This document shows positions 17,049 to 27,487 of a stretch of 64,000 nucleotides of DNA, one piece after another (position 1 is the first letter of the stretch; each line of letters opens with the position of its first letter). The DNA comes from Patescibacteria group bacterium UBA5272 (lineage in GTDB: Bacteria; Patescibacteriota; Minisyncoccia; Phycocordibacterales; UBA5272). The translations under genes were made by a program, and so were the position numbers. The stretch lies in contig DHTA01000005.1 in NCBI GenBank assembly GCA_002408565.1, positions 178,383-242,382 on the forward strand, in the 5' to 3' direction. The notes beneath the pieces were generated by a model. That model ran no database searches and was not told the origin of the DNA. It was given only the letters and a program-made list of their open reading frames with translations.

Positions 17049-18758
17049 TTAAAAGTTTTTAATTTTGTATATCTCTTGATATATTTGTTCTATTTTTTGA
17101 ATATCTTCTTCGGTTTTTTCTAGTTTTTTATGTAAAGACTCTTTTTCATCTTGTAAGATTTCTATCTTAAAAGCTTTGACCAGATCTCCTAATATTTCAG
17201 TTGTAAATTTCTTTTCATTTTCTATATACAATTTATTTTTTGAAATCTCTTTTTCTAAACGAATAATCTCTTGTTCTAGAATTTCTTCTGGCAAACTCTT
17301 TTTAAAATCTAAAAATCTTTCTTTGTATTTTTCTTCAGAACCAAAAAACTTATTAAAAAATTTTTCTTCTTCTAATTTCTTCCAAGTTAAAATAGCTATT
17401 ATCTCTCTCAAAAATTTGTCCTTGTCTTTTTGTTGACCGCTTGAAACTTTAGACAAAATATCATTTTCAGGATTTTCAACTTTTATCCTTTTTAAATCAT
17501 TTAAAATATCTATTTCTTGTACATTTAATTTCGAAGCCAAATACTTTATAAAGTAAGCCCTATCAATGTCACTTTCTATAGCTCTCAAAAAAGGCAAGAC
17601 TTCTTTTCGAATCTTCTTCCCCCTTTCTCTTTCATCGACCTCTTCTTCAAAAATCTTTTTCACCAAATATTCAATCAAATGAATTCTTTGGGAAATTAAA
17701 TCTTGCCAAACCGTAGCCCCAAAATCTTTTATCAAATCAGCTATATCTTTTACCTTATCCTTTTTTGGTACAACATAGACGTCTAATCCTCCATAAAGAG
17801 CTAAAAGTCCGCATTTTTTCATAGCATTTTCTCCAGCTTCATCCTGATCGAAAGAAAGTAAAACCTTGTCAGCAAATCTTTTTAAAATTTTAATATGCTC
17901 ATCGGTTACAGCTGTCCCTGAAGTTGCTACCACGTTAACAATTCCAGCCTGATGGCTCATGATTAAATCCATTTGCCCTTCCACAATAATAACCTCTCTT
18001 TTTTCGGCAATACTTTTCTTAGCCAAATCGTAACCAAAAAGAATTTTACTTTTATGATAAATTGGCGTTTCTGGTGAGTTTATATATTTTGCAACTTTCC
18101 CGTCATCAAATTTTGGTAAAATTCTAGCCGAAAAACCAACAGTATTTCCAAAAGTATTTTTGATTGGGAACATTATTCTTCCACGAAATCTGTCGAAGTA
18201 TTTTTCTTCATTTTCTTTTTTTAAAACCATTCCCCCCTCTATCATATCTTCAGGAGAAAATCCTTCTTTAGAAAGATAAATAAATATATCTCTCCAACCA
18301 AAATCTCCACCCAGAGAAAAGCCTATATTAAATTTTCCTACAGTCTCATTAGTTAAACCTCTACCACCTAAATAAGCTTTAGCTTCTGCTGAATTTTTCA
18401 AATTCTCTTCATAGTGTTTGCTAGCTTTTTGAGTAAGAGAAACTAGGTTTGACTCTTTATCTTTTTCTTCTTTTTTGTAAGGCAAAAGCTTAATCCCTGC
18501 CCTATCAGCTAAAATGGTTAAAGCTTCATAAAAAGGCACCGCTTCCATTTTTTCTACAAAAGAAAAAATATCTCCATGCTCACCACACCCAAAACAATGA
18601 TAAGTACCTCTGTCTGGAGAAATAAAAAAACTAGGTGTCTTTTCATTGTGAAAAGGACATCGAGCTTTAAACTGAGATCCTGCTTTTTCCACTCTGAGAT
18701 AAGTAGATATAACATCTAGAATGGAAAGGGCTTGTTTGACCTGGTCTTTTGGATTCAT
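17049..18758 (-). CDS. dnaG: DNA primase
   Basis: CPFHNEKTPSF...CFGC zinc finger, DRFRGRIMFPI, KYINSPET, Toprim VEGQMD and FDQDEAG. Confidence 0.96.
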   Translation of the reverse strand: MNPKDQVKQALSILDVISTYLRVEKAGSQFKARCPFHNEKTPSFFISPDRGTYHCFGCGEHGDIFSFVEKMEAVPFYEALTILADRAGIKLLPYKKEEKDKESNLVSLTQKASKHYEENLKNSAEAKAYLGGRGLTNETVGKFNIGFSLGGDFGWRDIFIYLSKEGFSPEDMIEGGMVLKKENEEKYFDRFRGRIMFPIKNTFGNTVGFSARILPKFDDGKVAKYINSPETPIYHKSKILFGYDLAKKSIAEKREVIIVEGQMDLIMSHQAGIVNVVATSGTAVTDEHIKILKRFADKVLLSFDQDEAGENAMKKCGLLALYGGLDVYVVPKKDKVKDIADLIKDFGATVWQDLISQRIHLIEYLVKKIFEEEVDERERGKKIRKEVLPFLRAIESDIDRAYFIKYLASKLNVQEIDILNDLKRIKVENPENDILSKVSSGQQKDKDKFLREIIAILTWKKLEEEKFFNKFFGSEEKYKERFLDFKKSLPEEILEQEIIRLEKEISKNKLYIENEKKFTTEILGDLVKAFKIEILQDEKESLHKKLEKTEEDIQKIEQIYQEIYKIKNF

Positions 18759-18880
18759 AATTAAATACATTTTAACAAAAATTGGTGAAATAGGGAAAAA
18801 AATTGCTCTTTACAAAAACCTAATAATATATTATATTTCATATTAGTAAACTGAGTTAAAACAATTAAAATTCTTTTAAA

Positions 18881-19417
18881 ATGGAATCAGAATCAGGAGA
18901 AAAAAAATTGGAGATTATAATTACTAAATTATTAGTAATTATCTTTCTTGGTGTTATTTTAGCAATAGGCTACAAAGCTTTTAAAACTACATTTGTGAAT
19001 ATCTTTGAGCTGATTGTAAATCCTTTTTTGGACAAGCCTCTTCCATCGATGAATATTTTCAAATTCATCTGGTATATGTTTTTTATTTCTGTTTGCGGGG
19101 TTTTTACTAGCGGTTTTATTGCTATAGGAATTATTAGCTCAAGAGACCTTGATGAGTTTAGGGAAAACAAAAGTACTGGAGCTTTCAGAAAAGTTCGAAA
19201 CGTGATATCTGATTACTATCTACCAAGGGGTTTAAGATTTTTCTGGCTATTTGGTTTGTTTTATGTTTTTCTTGTACTAATATTAGGACAAAAACTGTCT
19301 TTCTTTGAAGGAATCTATATCTGGGGAATATCTTATTTCCTTTTAGTTACTATTTATATTTGTATAAATACCATTATAGATTCTTTTATAGTTAAAGTAA
19401 AAAACGGCTCAATTTGA
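18881..19417 (+). CDS. Orphan multi-pass membrane protein (~4 TM)
   Basis: 178-aa hydrophobic ORF divergent from dnaG; its stop codon lies within a terminator hairpin. Confidence 0.7.
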   Translation: MESESGEKKLEIIITKLLVIIFLGVILAIGYKAFKTTFVNIFELIVNPFLDKPLPSMNIFKFIWYMFFISVCGVFTSGFIAIGIISSRDLDEFRENKSTGAFRKVRNVISDYYLPRGLRFFWLFGLFYVFLVLILGQKLSFFEGIYIWGISYFLLVTIYICINTIIDSFIVKVKNGSI

Positions 19418-19428
19418 GCCGTTTTTTT
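19399..19428. terminator. Bidirectional intrinsic terminator (orphan / rpoC)
   Basis: AAAAAACGGCTCA-ATT-TGAGCCGTTTTTTT. Confidence 0.85.
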
Positions 19429-19451
19429 GTAAGAAAATATAATTAATTGTC

Positions 19452-22400
19452 TTAATTATTCTCCTGATCTATTCCTGTACCTGCTGGAATAATTCTGCCA
19501 ATGATAACATTTTCTTTCAAACCGTAAAGTTTATCAATTTGACCCCTAGTTGAAGCATTGATAAGAACTTTGGTTGTGTGTTGGAAAGAAGCAGAAGACA
19601 ACCAAGAGTTTGTTGTTAGAGCTACTTCAGAAATGCCAAGAATCAAATTATCCCCTTCCGCCACTTTACCTCCCTCGACTTTAACTCTGTCATTTTCAAC
19701 TCTAAAATCATAAACTTCTACGACTTCACCTTGAGTAAAGGTTGTATCTCCCACATCTTTGATTTTTATTCTAGAAAACATTTGTTTAATAATAAGTTCA
19801 ATATGTTTTCTGGAAATTGAAGCTCCTTGAAGTTCATAGACTTTATTTAATTCATTAATAATGTATTCTTCTGTAGTTTCTCTATCAGCCAACTCATAAA
19901 GTTGTTCAATATTTAGAGAACCATCTGTCAAAGCTTGTCCTTTCTTTACTTTATCCCCAACTTTGACAATAGGTCTTCTGGAGTACGCCATGTCGTATTC
20001 AATTTTAAGACCTTTTTTCTTAGCTGCGGCATAAGAGTTATCATCGTCACTCAAGACAACAATTTTTTTCATTTTCTTCTCTCTGATTATTTCTACCACC
20101 TCTCCATTCGATAAAGAAATCACTCCAGGGTTTTTAGGAGAACGTCTTTCAAATATTTCTGCCACGCGAGGAAGTCCTTGAGTAATGTCCACTCCAGCCA
20201 CTCCTCCTGAATGGAAGGTACGCATAGTAAGCTGAGTTCCTGGCTCTCCAATCGCTTGAGCAGCCACTATACCAACAGCTTCACCGACTTTCACAGCCTC
20301 ATTTCTAGCCAAGTCCAATCCGTAACATTTTTGACAAACACCTCTTAGAGACTCACAAGATAAAGGAGAAAAAACAAAAGCTTCTTCTATACCTTTTCCT
20401 TCTATTGCTCTAGCATCTTCTTTTTTCATCAAATGTCCCTTTTTGAATAAAACTTTTCCTTCTCTGTCTAACAAATCTTCAGCCAAAACTCTGCCGCGAA
20501 TACTTTTAGAAAGTGGAATTTCAATTCCTAAAACATTTTCTGTCTTTAATAATTTTCCTTTTTTAATTCCACAATCCTCTTCCGAGATTACTAAATCTTG
20601 AGAGACATCTACCAATCTTCGAGTCAAATAGCCAGCCTCAGCTGTTTTAAGAGCGGTGTCAGAAGTACCTTTTCTCGCTCCATAAGTAGTAATAAAATAT
20701 TCGATAGGAGAAAGTCCTTCCTTATTTGAAGAGATGATTGGGAAATCGATATTTCTTCCGAGAGAGTTTGCAATAATACCTTTCATACCTCCAATCTGCA
20801 CAAGTTGTTTCATTGAACCTCTAGCTCCAGAAGTGACCAAGTTATAAACTGAACCGTATTTCTCAATAGATTTGGTTGGCATAATAGCTTCAATTTCTTT
20901 TCTAATACTCAACCAATTTTCAATAACTTTATCATATTTCTCTTCTTCAGAAAGATATCCCTCTTCAAAATGATGATTAATTTTTTGTTCTTCTTTTTTT
21001 CCTTTTGCAACAATGTCTGTTTTTTCTTCAGGGACTTTTACAGCATCAATACTCCAAGTTGTACCAGAAATTGTCGCATACTTAAATCCAAACGCTTTAA
21101 TTTTGTCTATAATTTTTGGCGCTGAGTCAAAACCATATTGAATAATTATTTTGTCTACAATTTTATTCATACTGTTTCCACCAACCTGTTCATTGATATA
21201 TTCAAAATCATCTGGAAGAATAGAGTTAAATAATAATCTACCTACAGTTGTGGCGAATCTTTTTCCTTCAAACTTTGAGTATTTAACTTTGGAAGTTGGA
21301 ATTACTTCAATTTTTGCTCTAATATCCAAGATGCCAAATTCGTGAGCGGTAATAGCATCGTTTGGTGAAGCAAAATATTTTCCTTCTCCTTTAGCTCCTT
21401 CAATTTCAGTTGTAAGCCAAAAACATCCCAAAATCATATCCATACGAGGATTTACAATAGAATCCCCTGAACCAGGTTTAAGCAAGTTTTTATTAGAAGC
21501 CATAATCTCCCTCGCCTCTCTTTGAGCATTTTCAGACAAAGGAAGATGCACAGCCATCTGGTCGCCATCAAAGTCAGCGTTGAAAGCTGTACAAACAAGA
21601 GGGTGAAGCTGAATAGCGTTTCCCTCAATCATTTTTGGCTTGAAAGCTTGTATACCCAATCTGTGTAAAGTTGGTGCACGGTTGAGAAGTACATACTTAC
21701 CTTCTATAACTTCTTCTAAAATTTCCCAAACTTCTGGAATACCATCTTCTATCAATTTGTTAGCTCCACGAATATTAAAGGTAAATTCTCTTTCTAAAAG
21801 TTTAGAAATTACAAAAGGTTTAAATAATTCAAGAACCATATGCTTTGGGAGTCCACATTCATCAAGTGCAAGATCTGGACCAATAACAATTACTGAACGA
21901 CCGGAATAGTCTACACGTTTTCCAAGAAGATTTTGTCTAAAAAGTCCGGATTTGGATTTGATGTTATCAGCAATAGATTTAAGTTGTCTTTTTTGTCCAA
22001 CTATAGTCATAGCTTCCTGCCCTCTTCTCATAGAGTTGTCTATCAAAGCATCTACCGCTTCTTGCAGAATTCTCTTTTCATTTCTCAAAATAACGTCTGG
22101 AGCATTAATTTCTCTCAATTTTAAAAGACGATTATTTCTATTAATTACTCTTCGATAGAGATCATTCACATCACTAGTCGCATACCTTCCTCCTTCCAAA
22201 GCTACCATTGGACGAATTCCTGGGGGAATAACCGGAAGAGTTGTTAAGAACATCCATTCTGGACGAATTTCAGCATTTTTAAAAGCTCTCACCAAAGAAA
22301 GTCTCTTTTCCTCTTTTTCTCGTTCAATAGAAGAAATTTTTACTAATTTTGCTTCTATTTCTTTTTCTAAATCATCTAAATTAATATTTTTGAAAATATT

Positions 22401-23057
22401 GTAAATCGCTTCAGCCCCAATTTCTGCTTCGAAAGCAATACTATATCTCATAGAGTATCTGTGATAAGTAATTTCATCGAGTATCTTTTTTTCACGAATA
22501 TCTTCAATTTCTTTTTTGGTAGCCAACATTAACTCTTTTAACTTTTCTTTAGTCTTTTCATCTGTTGCTGATTTAATTTTAGCTTTAAATTCAGAATCAA
22601 GATTCTTTAAAAGTTCTTCTTTTTCTCGTTGGTTAACTTTGGTAATAATATAATTTGCAAAATAAATTACCTTTTCCACTTCACCAGTTGGTTCACCTAA
22701 AATAAGAGCTATTCTAGAAGGAATACCTCTTAGAAACCAAATATGTGCTACAGGAGTATCCAACTCAATATGGCCCATTCTTTCACGGCGAACAATAGAT
22801 TTAGTAACCTCAACTCCACATTTTTCACAAACTATATCCTTATATCTAATTCTTCTATATTTACCACAATAACATTCGTAGTCTTTCTCTGGACCGAAAA
22901 TCTTTTCATCAAATAATCCAGCTCTTTCACTTCTACCAGTACGATAGTTAATAGTTTCTGGTTTGGTCACTTCTCCAAAACTCCAAGAACGAATAGATTC
23001 TGGTGAGGCAATTTTTATTTGTAAAGCGTCAAAATCTGTTGTATCAATTGTTTTCAT
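19452..23057 (-). CDS. rpoC: RNA polymerase beta' subunit
   Basis: Zinc-binding CYCGKY...CEKCGVE, NRAPTLHRLG, catalytic NADFDGDQMAVH, GEPGTQLTMRTFH. Confidence 0.98.
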   Translation of the reverse strand: MKTIDTTDFDALQIKIASPESIRSWSFGEVTKPETINYRTGRSERAGLFDEKIFGPEKDYECYCGKYRRIRYKDIVCEKCGVEVTKSIVRRERMGHIELDTPVAHIWFLRGIPSRIALILGEPTGEVEKVIYFANYIITKVNQREKEELLKNLDSEFKAKIKSATDEKTKEKLKELMLATKKEIEDIREKKILDEITYHRYSMRYSIAFEAEIGAEAIYNIFKNINLDDLEKEIEAKLVKISSIEREKEEKRLSLVRAFKNAEIRPEWMFLTTLPVIPPGIRPMVALEGGRYATSDVNDLYRRVINRNNRLLKLREINAPDVILRNEKRILQEAVDALIDNSMRRGQEAMTIVGQKRQLKSIADNIKSKSGLFRQNLLGKRVDYSGRSVIVIGPDLALDECGLPKHMVLELFKPFVISKLLEREFTFNIRGANKLIEDGIPEVWEILEEVIEGKYVLLNRAPTLHRLGIQAFKPKMIEGNAIQLHPLVCTAFNADFDGDQMAVHLPLSENAQREAREIMASNKNLLKPGSGDSIVNPRMDMILGCFWLTTEIEGAKGEGKYFASPNDAITAHEFGILDIRAKIEVIPTSKVKYSKFEGKRFATTVGRLLFNSILPDDFEYINEQVGGNSMNKIVDKIIIQYGFDSAPKIIDKIKAFGFKYATISGTTWSIDAVKVPEEKTDIVAKGKKEEQKINHHFEEGYLSEEEKYDKVIENWLSIRKEIEAIMPTKSIEKYGSVYNLVTSGARGSMKQLVQIGGMKGIIANSLGRNIDFPIISSNKEGLSPIEYFITTYGARKGTSDTALKTAEAGYLTRRLVDVSQDLVISEEDCGIKKGKLLKTENVLGIEIPLSKSIRGRVLAEDLLDREGKVLFKKGHLMKKEDARAIEGKGIEEAFVFSPLSCESLRGVCQKCYGLDLARNEAVKVGEAVGIVAAQAIGEPGTQLTMRTFHSGGVAGVDITQGLPRVAEIFERRSPKNPGVISLSNGEVVEIIREKKMKKIVVLSDDDNSYAAAKKKGLKIEYDMAYSRRPIVKVGDKVKKGQALTDGSLNIEQLYELADRETTEEYIINELNKVYELQGASISRKHIELIIKQMFSRIKIKDVGDTTFTQGEVVEVYDFRVENDRVKVEGGKVAEGDNLILGISEVALTTNSWLSSASFQHTTKVLINASTRGQIDKLYGLKENVIIGRIIPAGTGIDQENN

Positions 23058-23094
23058 ATTTTTATTTTAATTATTTTAAATTTTTAGCTTTTAA

Positions 23095-26000
23095 TTAATC
23101 TTTAATTTCGATTACATCGTCCTCACCTAACAATTTCTCTTTTCGACCTTTTGTTTTTTTCTCTTCTTTAACCAAAGGAACCACATCTAAAGCTAAACCT
23201 CTTAAAGTATTTAAAAGCACGTTTAGAGAAGCTGGAGTATTTGGTTCTTTAATTGGTTCGTTCTTAATAATGCTATTAAAGGCATCGGATCTACCCACAA
23301 TATCATCTGATTTTATTGTTAAAATCTCACGAAGTGTATAAGCTGCTCCGTAACCTTCCAAAGCCCAAACTTCCATCTCTCCAAATCTCTGACCTCCATT
23401 CTGAGATTTACCACCAAGAGGTTGTTGAGTAATAAGAGAGTATGGACCGATGCTTCTAGCGTGAATTTTATCTTCTACCATATGATGAAGTTTCAACATA
23501 TACATGATTCCTATAGCCACTTTGTCTGCAAACTTTTGTCCAGTTCTACCATCATATAAATCAACAGTACCTGAGGCATCGTATCCAGCTTTGACTAATT
23601 CTTCTTTAATTTCATCATCAGTTGCCCCAGAAAAGACTGGAGTTATAGCTTGATAATTTAAAGTTTGTGCCGCAAGTCCTAAATGCATCTCTAAAATCTG
23701 CCCAATATTCATACGACTAGGAATACCGAGGGGGGTAAGAATAATATCTACCGGTTGACCGTCAGCTGTAAACGGCATATCTTCTTCTGGTAAAACAGTA
23801 GAAATGACTCCTTTATTTCCGTGTCTTCCCGCTAACTTGTCTCCAACAGAAATGTCACGAAGTTGAGCCACTTCAATGTGAATTCTTTTAATTACACCGC
23901 TCTCCAATTGGTCTCCTCTTTCACGAGAGAAAACTTTAATTCCTATCACCCTACCTCTTTTTCCATTACTCAATCTAAGAGAAGTATCTTTCACATCTCT
24001 AATTTTTTCTCCAAAAATACTTCGAAGCAGTCTTTCTTCTGGAGTCAATTCAGTTTCTCCTTTTGGAGTAATTTTGCCGACTAAAATATCCCCTGTTCGA
24101 ATATCAGCGCCAATTCTAATAATTCCATCTTCGTCAAGATTTTTTAATTTAGCTTCACCTACATTTGGAATATCATTAGTAGTAACTTCAGCGCCTAATT
24201 TTGTATCACGGACATTACAAATAAATTCTTCCACATGAATTGATGAAAACTTTTTCTCTCTAACTAATTTTTCAGAAATAATAATAGCGTCTTCATAATT
24301 TGCCCCATTCCAACTCATAAAAGCTACACGAACATTGTGTCCTATCGCAATTTGTCCTCCTCTGGTTGAAGAAGAGTCAGCAATCACTTGTCCTTTTTTA
24401 ATTTTGTCACCAATATTTACAATCGGCCTTTGATAAAAGACTGTAAAATTATTAGTTCTAGAAAAGTTAACCAAATTGTAAGTTTTCTTTTTGCCTTTAT
24501 TGTCAGTAACTATAATTTTATTAGAATCCACATAGTCCACCTGTCCAGCCTCTTCCGCTAAAACAATTCTCCCAATATGTTTGGCCGATTCTTCTTCCAT
24601 ACCTGTCGCCACATAAGGGGCTTCAGCCAGAATCAAAGGAACTGTTTGACGTTGCATATTTGAACCCATGGAAGCACGAGCCGCGTCGTCATGCTCTAAA
24701 AATGGAATCATGTTTGTGGCTATAGAATAAGCTTGATTTGGTGCCACGTCTATATATTCCACATCTTTTCTGGAAACCGTAGAAGGGTGACCATTTTTTC
24801 TAGCCTGAACAAACTCATCTGTAATTTCACCTTTTTCATTGTAATGAATAGCCGCGTGAGCAATAGTTGTGGACTCTTCTTGCAGAGCATTTAAATAACT
24901 AATTTCTTGAGTAATTTTTCCATTTTTGACTTTTACATAAGGAGTTTCAATAATTCCAAACTCATTAATTTTTGCGTAAGTCGCCAACCTTAAAATAAGT
25001 CCCACATTTGCTCCGTCTGGAGTTTGAATTGGACAAACTCTACCATAGTGAGAAGTGTGCACATCTCTCACTTCAAATCCAGCTCTTTCTTTAGAAAGCC
25101 CACCTGGTCCAAGCGCTGACAAAGTTCTAAGACTTTCAATTTCTGAAAGCAAGTTCTCTTGATTCATTAATTGGGAAAGTTGATTCACTGTAAAAAACTC
25201 TTTGATTCTAGCTTGAAGAGGTCTTTGATTAATCACTGAGGCTGGCATACTAGTGTCTGTATCAATGACTGACATTTTTTCTTGGACGTATCTTTTAATT
25301 TGTAGCATCCCTTTTTTAATCCTCATCCCCAGCATTTCTCCAACAAAACGAACCCTTCTGGAAGCTAGATGGTCTATATCGTCAGCTTGAGCATCAGGAT
25401 CATTATTTAATTTAATGAGATGGTCAATAACCAAAACAATGTCTTCTTTAGAAAGATTCATTCTTTTCATCTCTTTTCCTTCTAGAGAAAGATTAAATCT
25501 CTTATTAAAACGAAGTCTTCCAATAGGAGAAAGATCGTATCTTTCTTTAGAAAAAAGTGAGAGTATATATGATTTTGCATTTTCCACTGTAGCCAAATCT
25601 CCATCCCTCAATTTTTTATAGACATCAATATAAGCTTCGTCAGCTGTTTTGATTGGATCTTTTTCTACCAAATTCATTATATAAGCTTTAGCTAAATCTT
25701 TTCCCTCAAAAGCTCTTTCAATGTCTTTGTCAGTAGAGAAACCTAGAGCTCTCAAGAAAGAAACTACAGAGAATTTTCTTTTCTTATCAATCTTCACAAA
25801 CATTTCATTATCGTCATCAGTGATAATTTCTACCCAAGCTCCACGATTTGGAACAATTTTAGCTGAGAAATATTTTTTCCCATTGATTTCTTCAAAATCA
25901 AAAAATTCCCCAGCGCTTCTAGCGAGTTGAGGAATTATTACCCTTTCAACACCGTTGATAATAAAAGTACCATGCACTGTCATCATAGGAAAAGAAGCTA

Positions 26001-26355
26001 GGAAAATCTCCTGTTCTTTTTCTATACCTAAAATTTTATTTTTAAGTAAAACCCTAGCTCTTAAAGGAGCTTCATAAGTTACATTATTATCTTTAGCATA
26101 CTCTTCCGTATACTTTGGTTCAGAAAGTTCAAAAGATAAAATTTCTAATTCAAACTTTTTTTCTGTGTAATCTTTTATAGGATTCAATTCTTTTAAAATT
26201 ATTCCTAAGTCTTCTTCTATAAGTTTTTTAAAAGAAGAAAGTTGGTTTTCCACAAGATTAGGCAGCTCAATAAATGGCTTTCTAAATTGCGAAAATGTCT
26301 TTTTTGGTAAGCTAGCTACCAAAAGATTTGAGTCGACATTTTTTATTTTAGACAT
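23095..26355 (-). CDS. rpoB: RNA polymerase beta subunit
   Basis: FIINGVERV, EVRDVH.SHYGRVCPI, GSNMQRQ, GDKLAGRHGNKG, GGQRFGEMEVWALE. Confidence 0.98.
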   Translation of the reverse strand: MSKIKNVDSNLLVASLPKKTFSQFRKPFIELPNLVENQLSSFKKLIEEDLGIILKELNPIKDYTEKKFELEILSFELSEPKYTEEYAKDNNVTYEAPLRARVLLKNKILGIEKEQEIFLASFPMMTVHGTFIINGVERVIIPQLARSAGEFFDFEEINGKKYFSAKIVPNRGAWVEIITDDDNEMFVKIDKKRKFSVVSFLRALGFSTDKDIERAFEGKDLAKAYIMNLVEKDPIKTADEAYIDVYKKLRDGDLATVENAKSYILSLFSKERYDLSPIGRLRFNKRFNLSLEGKEMKRMNLSKEDIVLVIDHLIKLNNDPDAQADDIDHLASRRVRFVGEMLGMRIKKGMLQIKRYVQEKMSVIDTDTSMPASVINQRPLQARIKEFFTVNQLSQLMNQENLLSEIESLRTLSALGPGGLSKERAGFEVRDVHTSHYGRVCPIQTPDGANVGLILRLATYAKINEFGIIETPYVKVKNGKITQEISYLNALQEESTTIAHAAIHYNEKGEITDEFVQARKNGHPSTVSRKDVEYIDVAPNQAYSIATNMIPFLEHDDAARASMGSNMQRQTVPLILAEAPYVATGMEEESAKHIGRIVLAEEAGQVDYVDSNKIIVTDNKGKKKTYNLVNFSRTNNFTVFYQRPIVNIGDKIKKGQVIADSSSTRGGQIAIGHNVRVAFMSWNGANYEDAIIISEKLVREKKFSSIHVEEFICNVRDTKLGAEVTTNDIPNVGEAKLKNLDEDGIIRIGADIRTGDILVGKITPKGETELTPEERLLRSIFGEKIRDVKDTSLRLSNGKRGRVIGIKVFSRERGDQLESGVIKRIHIEVAQLRDISVGDKLAGRHGNKGVISTVLPEEDMPFTADGQPVDIILTPLGIPSRMNIGQILEMHLGLAAQTLNYQAITPVFSGATDDEIKEELVKAGYDASGTVDLYDGRTGQKFADKVAIGIMYMLKLHHMVEDKIHARSIGPYSLITQQPLGGKSQNGGQRFGEMEVWALEGYGAAYTLREILTIKSDDIVGRSDAFNSIIKNEPIKEPNTPASLNVLLNTLRGLALDVVPLVKEEKKTKGRKEKLLGEDDVIEIKD

Positions 26356-26588
26356 ATTTAAAATAAGCGTTTAAAAATAAATATTACAAAATTCAAAAAA
26401 CGAACATTCTTGGTTCACCAAAAAACATAGCGAACCCGCTCTTTATTTAGATTTTTAATATTTAACTAATAATAATTTCGAAATTATTATTGACTTGAGT
26501 CACCCACAAAACTCAAACCTGGTAGGATAGAAGATAAGCATCTCGTCAATATTGAAAATATTTTATCATATTAAATAATTCTTTGCAA
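26356..26588 (-). promoter_or_regulatory. rpoB promoter plus ~200-nt structured 5' leader
   Basis: TTGCAA(26588-83)-17-TGaTAAAAT(26565-60); hairpins at 26495-26516, 26468-26491 and 26412-26436. Confidence 0.6.
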
Positions 26589-26600
26589 GAATTTTGCAGC

Positions 26601-26630
26601 AAAAAGAATATCTTATTAAGATATTCTTTT
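26601..26630. terminator. Terminator downstream of the aquaporin gene
   Basis: AAAAGAATATCTTA-T-TAAGATATTCTTTT inverted repeat. Confidence 0.6.
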
Positions 26631-26671
26631 AAAACACTTATTTTATTTAAGTTTTATTAAAAACTTAAAAG

Positions 26672-27367
26672 TTAGTTATTTGGGTTATCAGTTTTACGTC
26701 TTCTATCTCTACCAAATACAAAAATGTGAACAAAATAAGCCAAAACTGCCCCAAATATAGGAGATATGACAAACAACCCCAGTTGATCAAGGTTTTGCCC
26801 AGAAACTAAAGCTGGACCAATTGACCTTGCAGGATTGAGAGAAGCGCCAGTTAAAGGCATAGCTACTATATATGTGGCAAACAAAGCGATACCGTAAGCT
26901 AAAGGAATTGAATCTTTAGACCAATTAGTTCTTGTGGTGTCGAGGACAGCCAAACAAAATACCATGGTCATAATAATTTCAATAAGGGCTCCGGCGATAA
27001 CCCCGACACCAGAACTGAGGGCGTTAGTAGCAAAGCCAGTGTTCACAATTAATGCGCCATTTGTCATATTTGAGACAATAGCAAACAATATTGCTGAACC
27101 AAGAATAGCTCCAACAATCTGGGCAACTATATAACCAAGAACTTTATTCCACGGAAATTTTCCAGATAAAGCCAATGTTAAGGTTATTGCAGGGTTAACA
27201 TGTGCCCCGGAAACACCATCGATTAAATAAACTACGACGGTGAGTCCAAAACCAAAAGCCAAAGCAATTCCTAATACTCCGATTGATCTGCCGGCAAAAA
27301 TAGTTGCCCCGCAACCGATTAAGACTAAAAGAGCTGTACCAATAAGTTCTCCAATATAAGCTTTCAT
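26672..27367 (-). CDS. aqpZ: Aquaporin (MIP family, AqpZ-like)
   Basis: SGAHVNPA and GASLNPARS NPA motifs; six TM helices. Confidence 0.9.
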   Translation of the reverse strand: MKAYIGELIGTALLVLIGCGATIFAGRSIGVLGIALAFGFGLTVVVYLIDGVSGAHVNPAITLTLALSGKFPWNKVLGYIVAQIVGAILGSAILFAIVSNMTNGALIVNTGFATNALSSGVGVIAGALIEIIMTMVFCLAVLDTTRTNWSKDSIPLAYGIALFATYIVAMPLTGASLNPARSIGPALVSGQNLDQLGLFVISPIFGAVLAYFVHIFVFGRDRRRKTDNPNN

Positions 27368-27487
27368 AAAATTAACTAATATTAAAATATTATTAATGTT
27401 AATAACGCTGATAAATAATAGCTATTAACAATATAATTATAACAATTAATTACTCTTGCCTAGACTTTACAGAAATATTTTTCGTGT

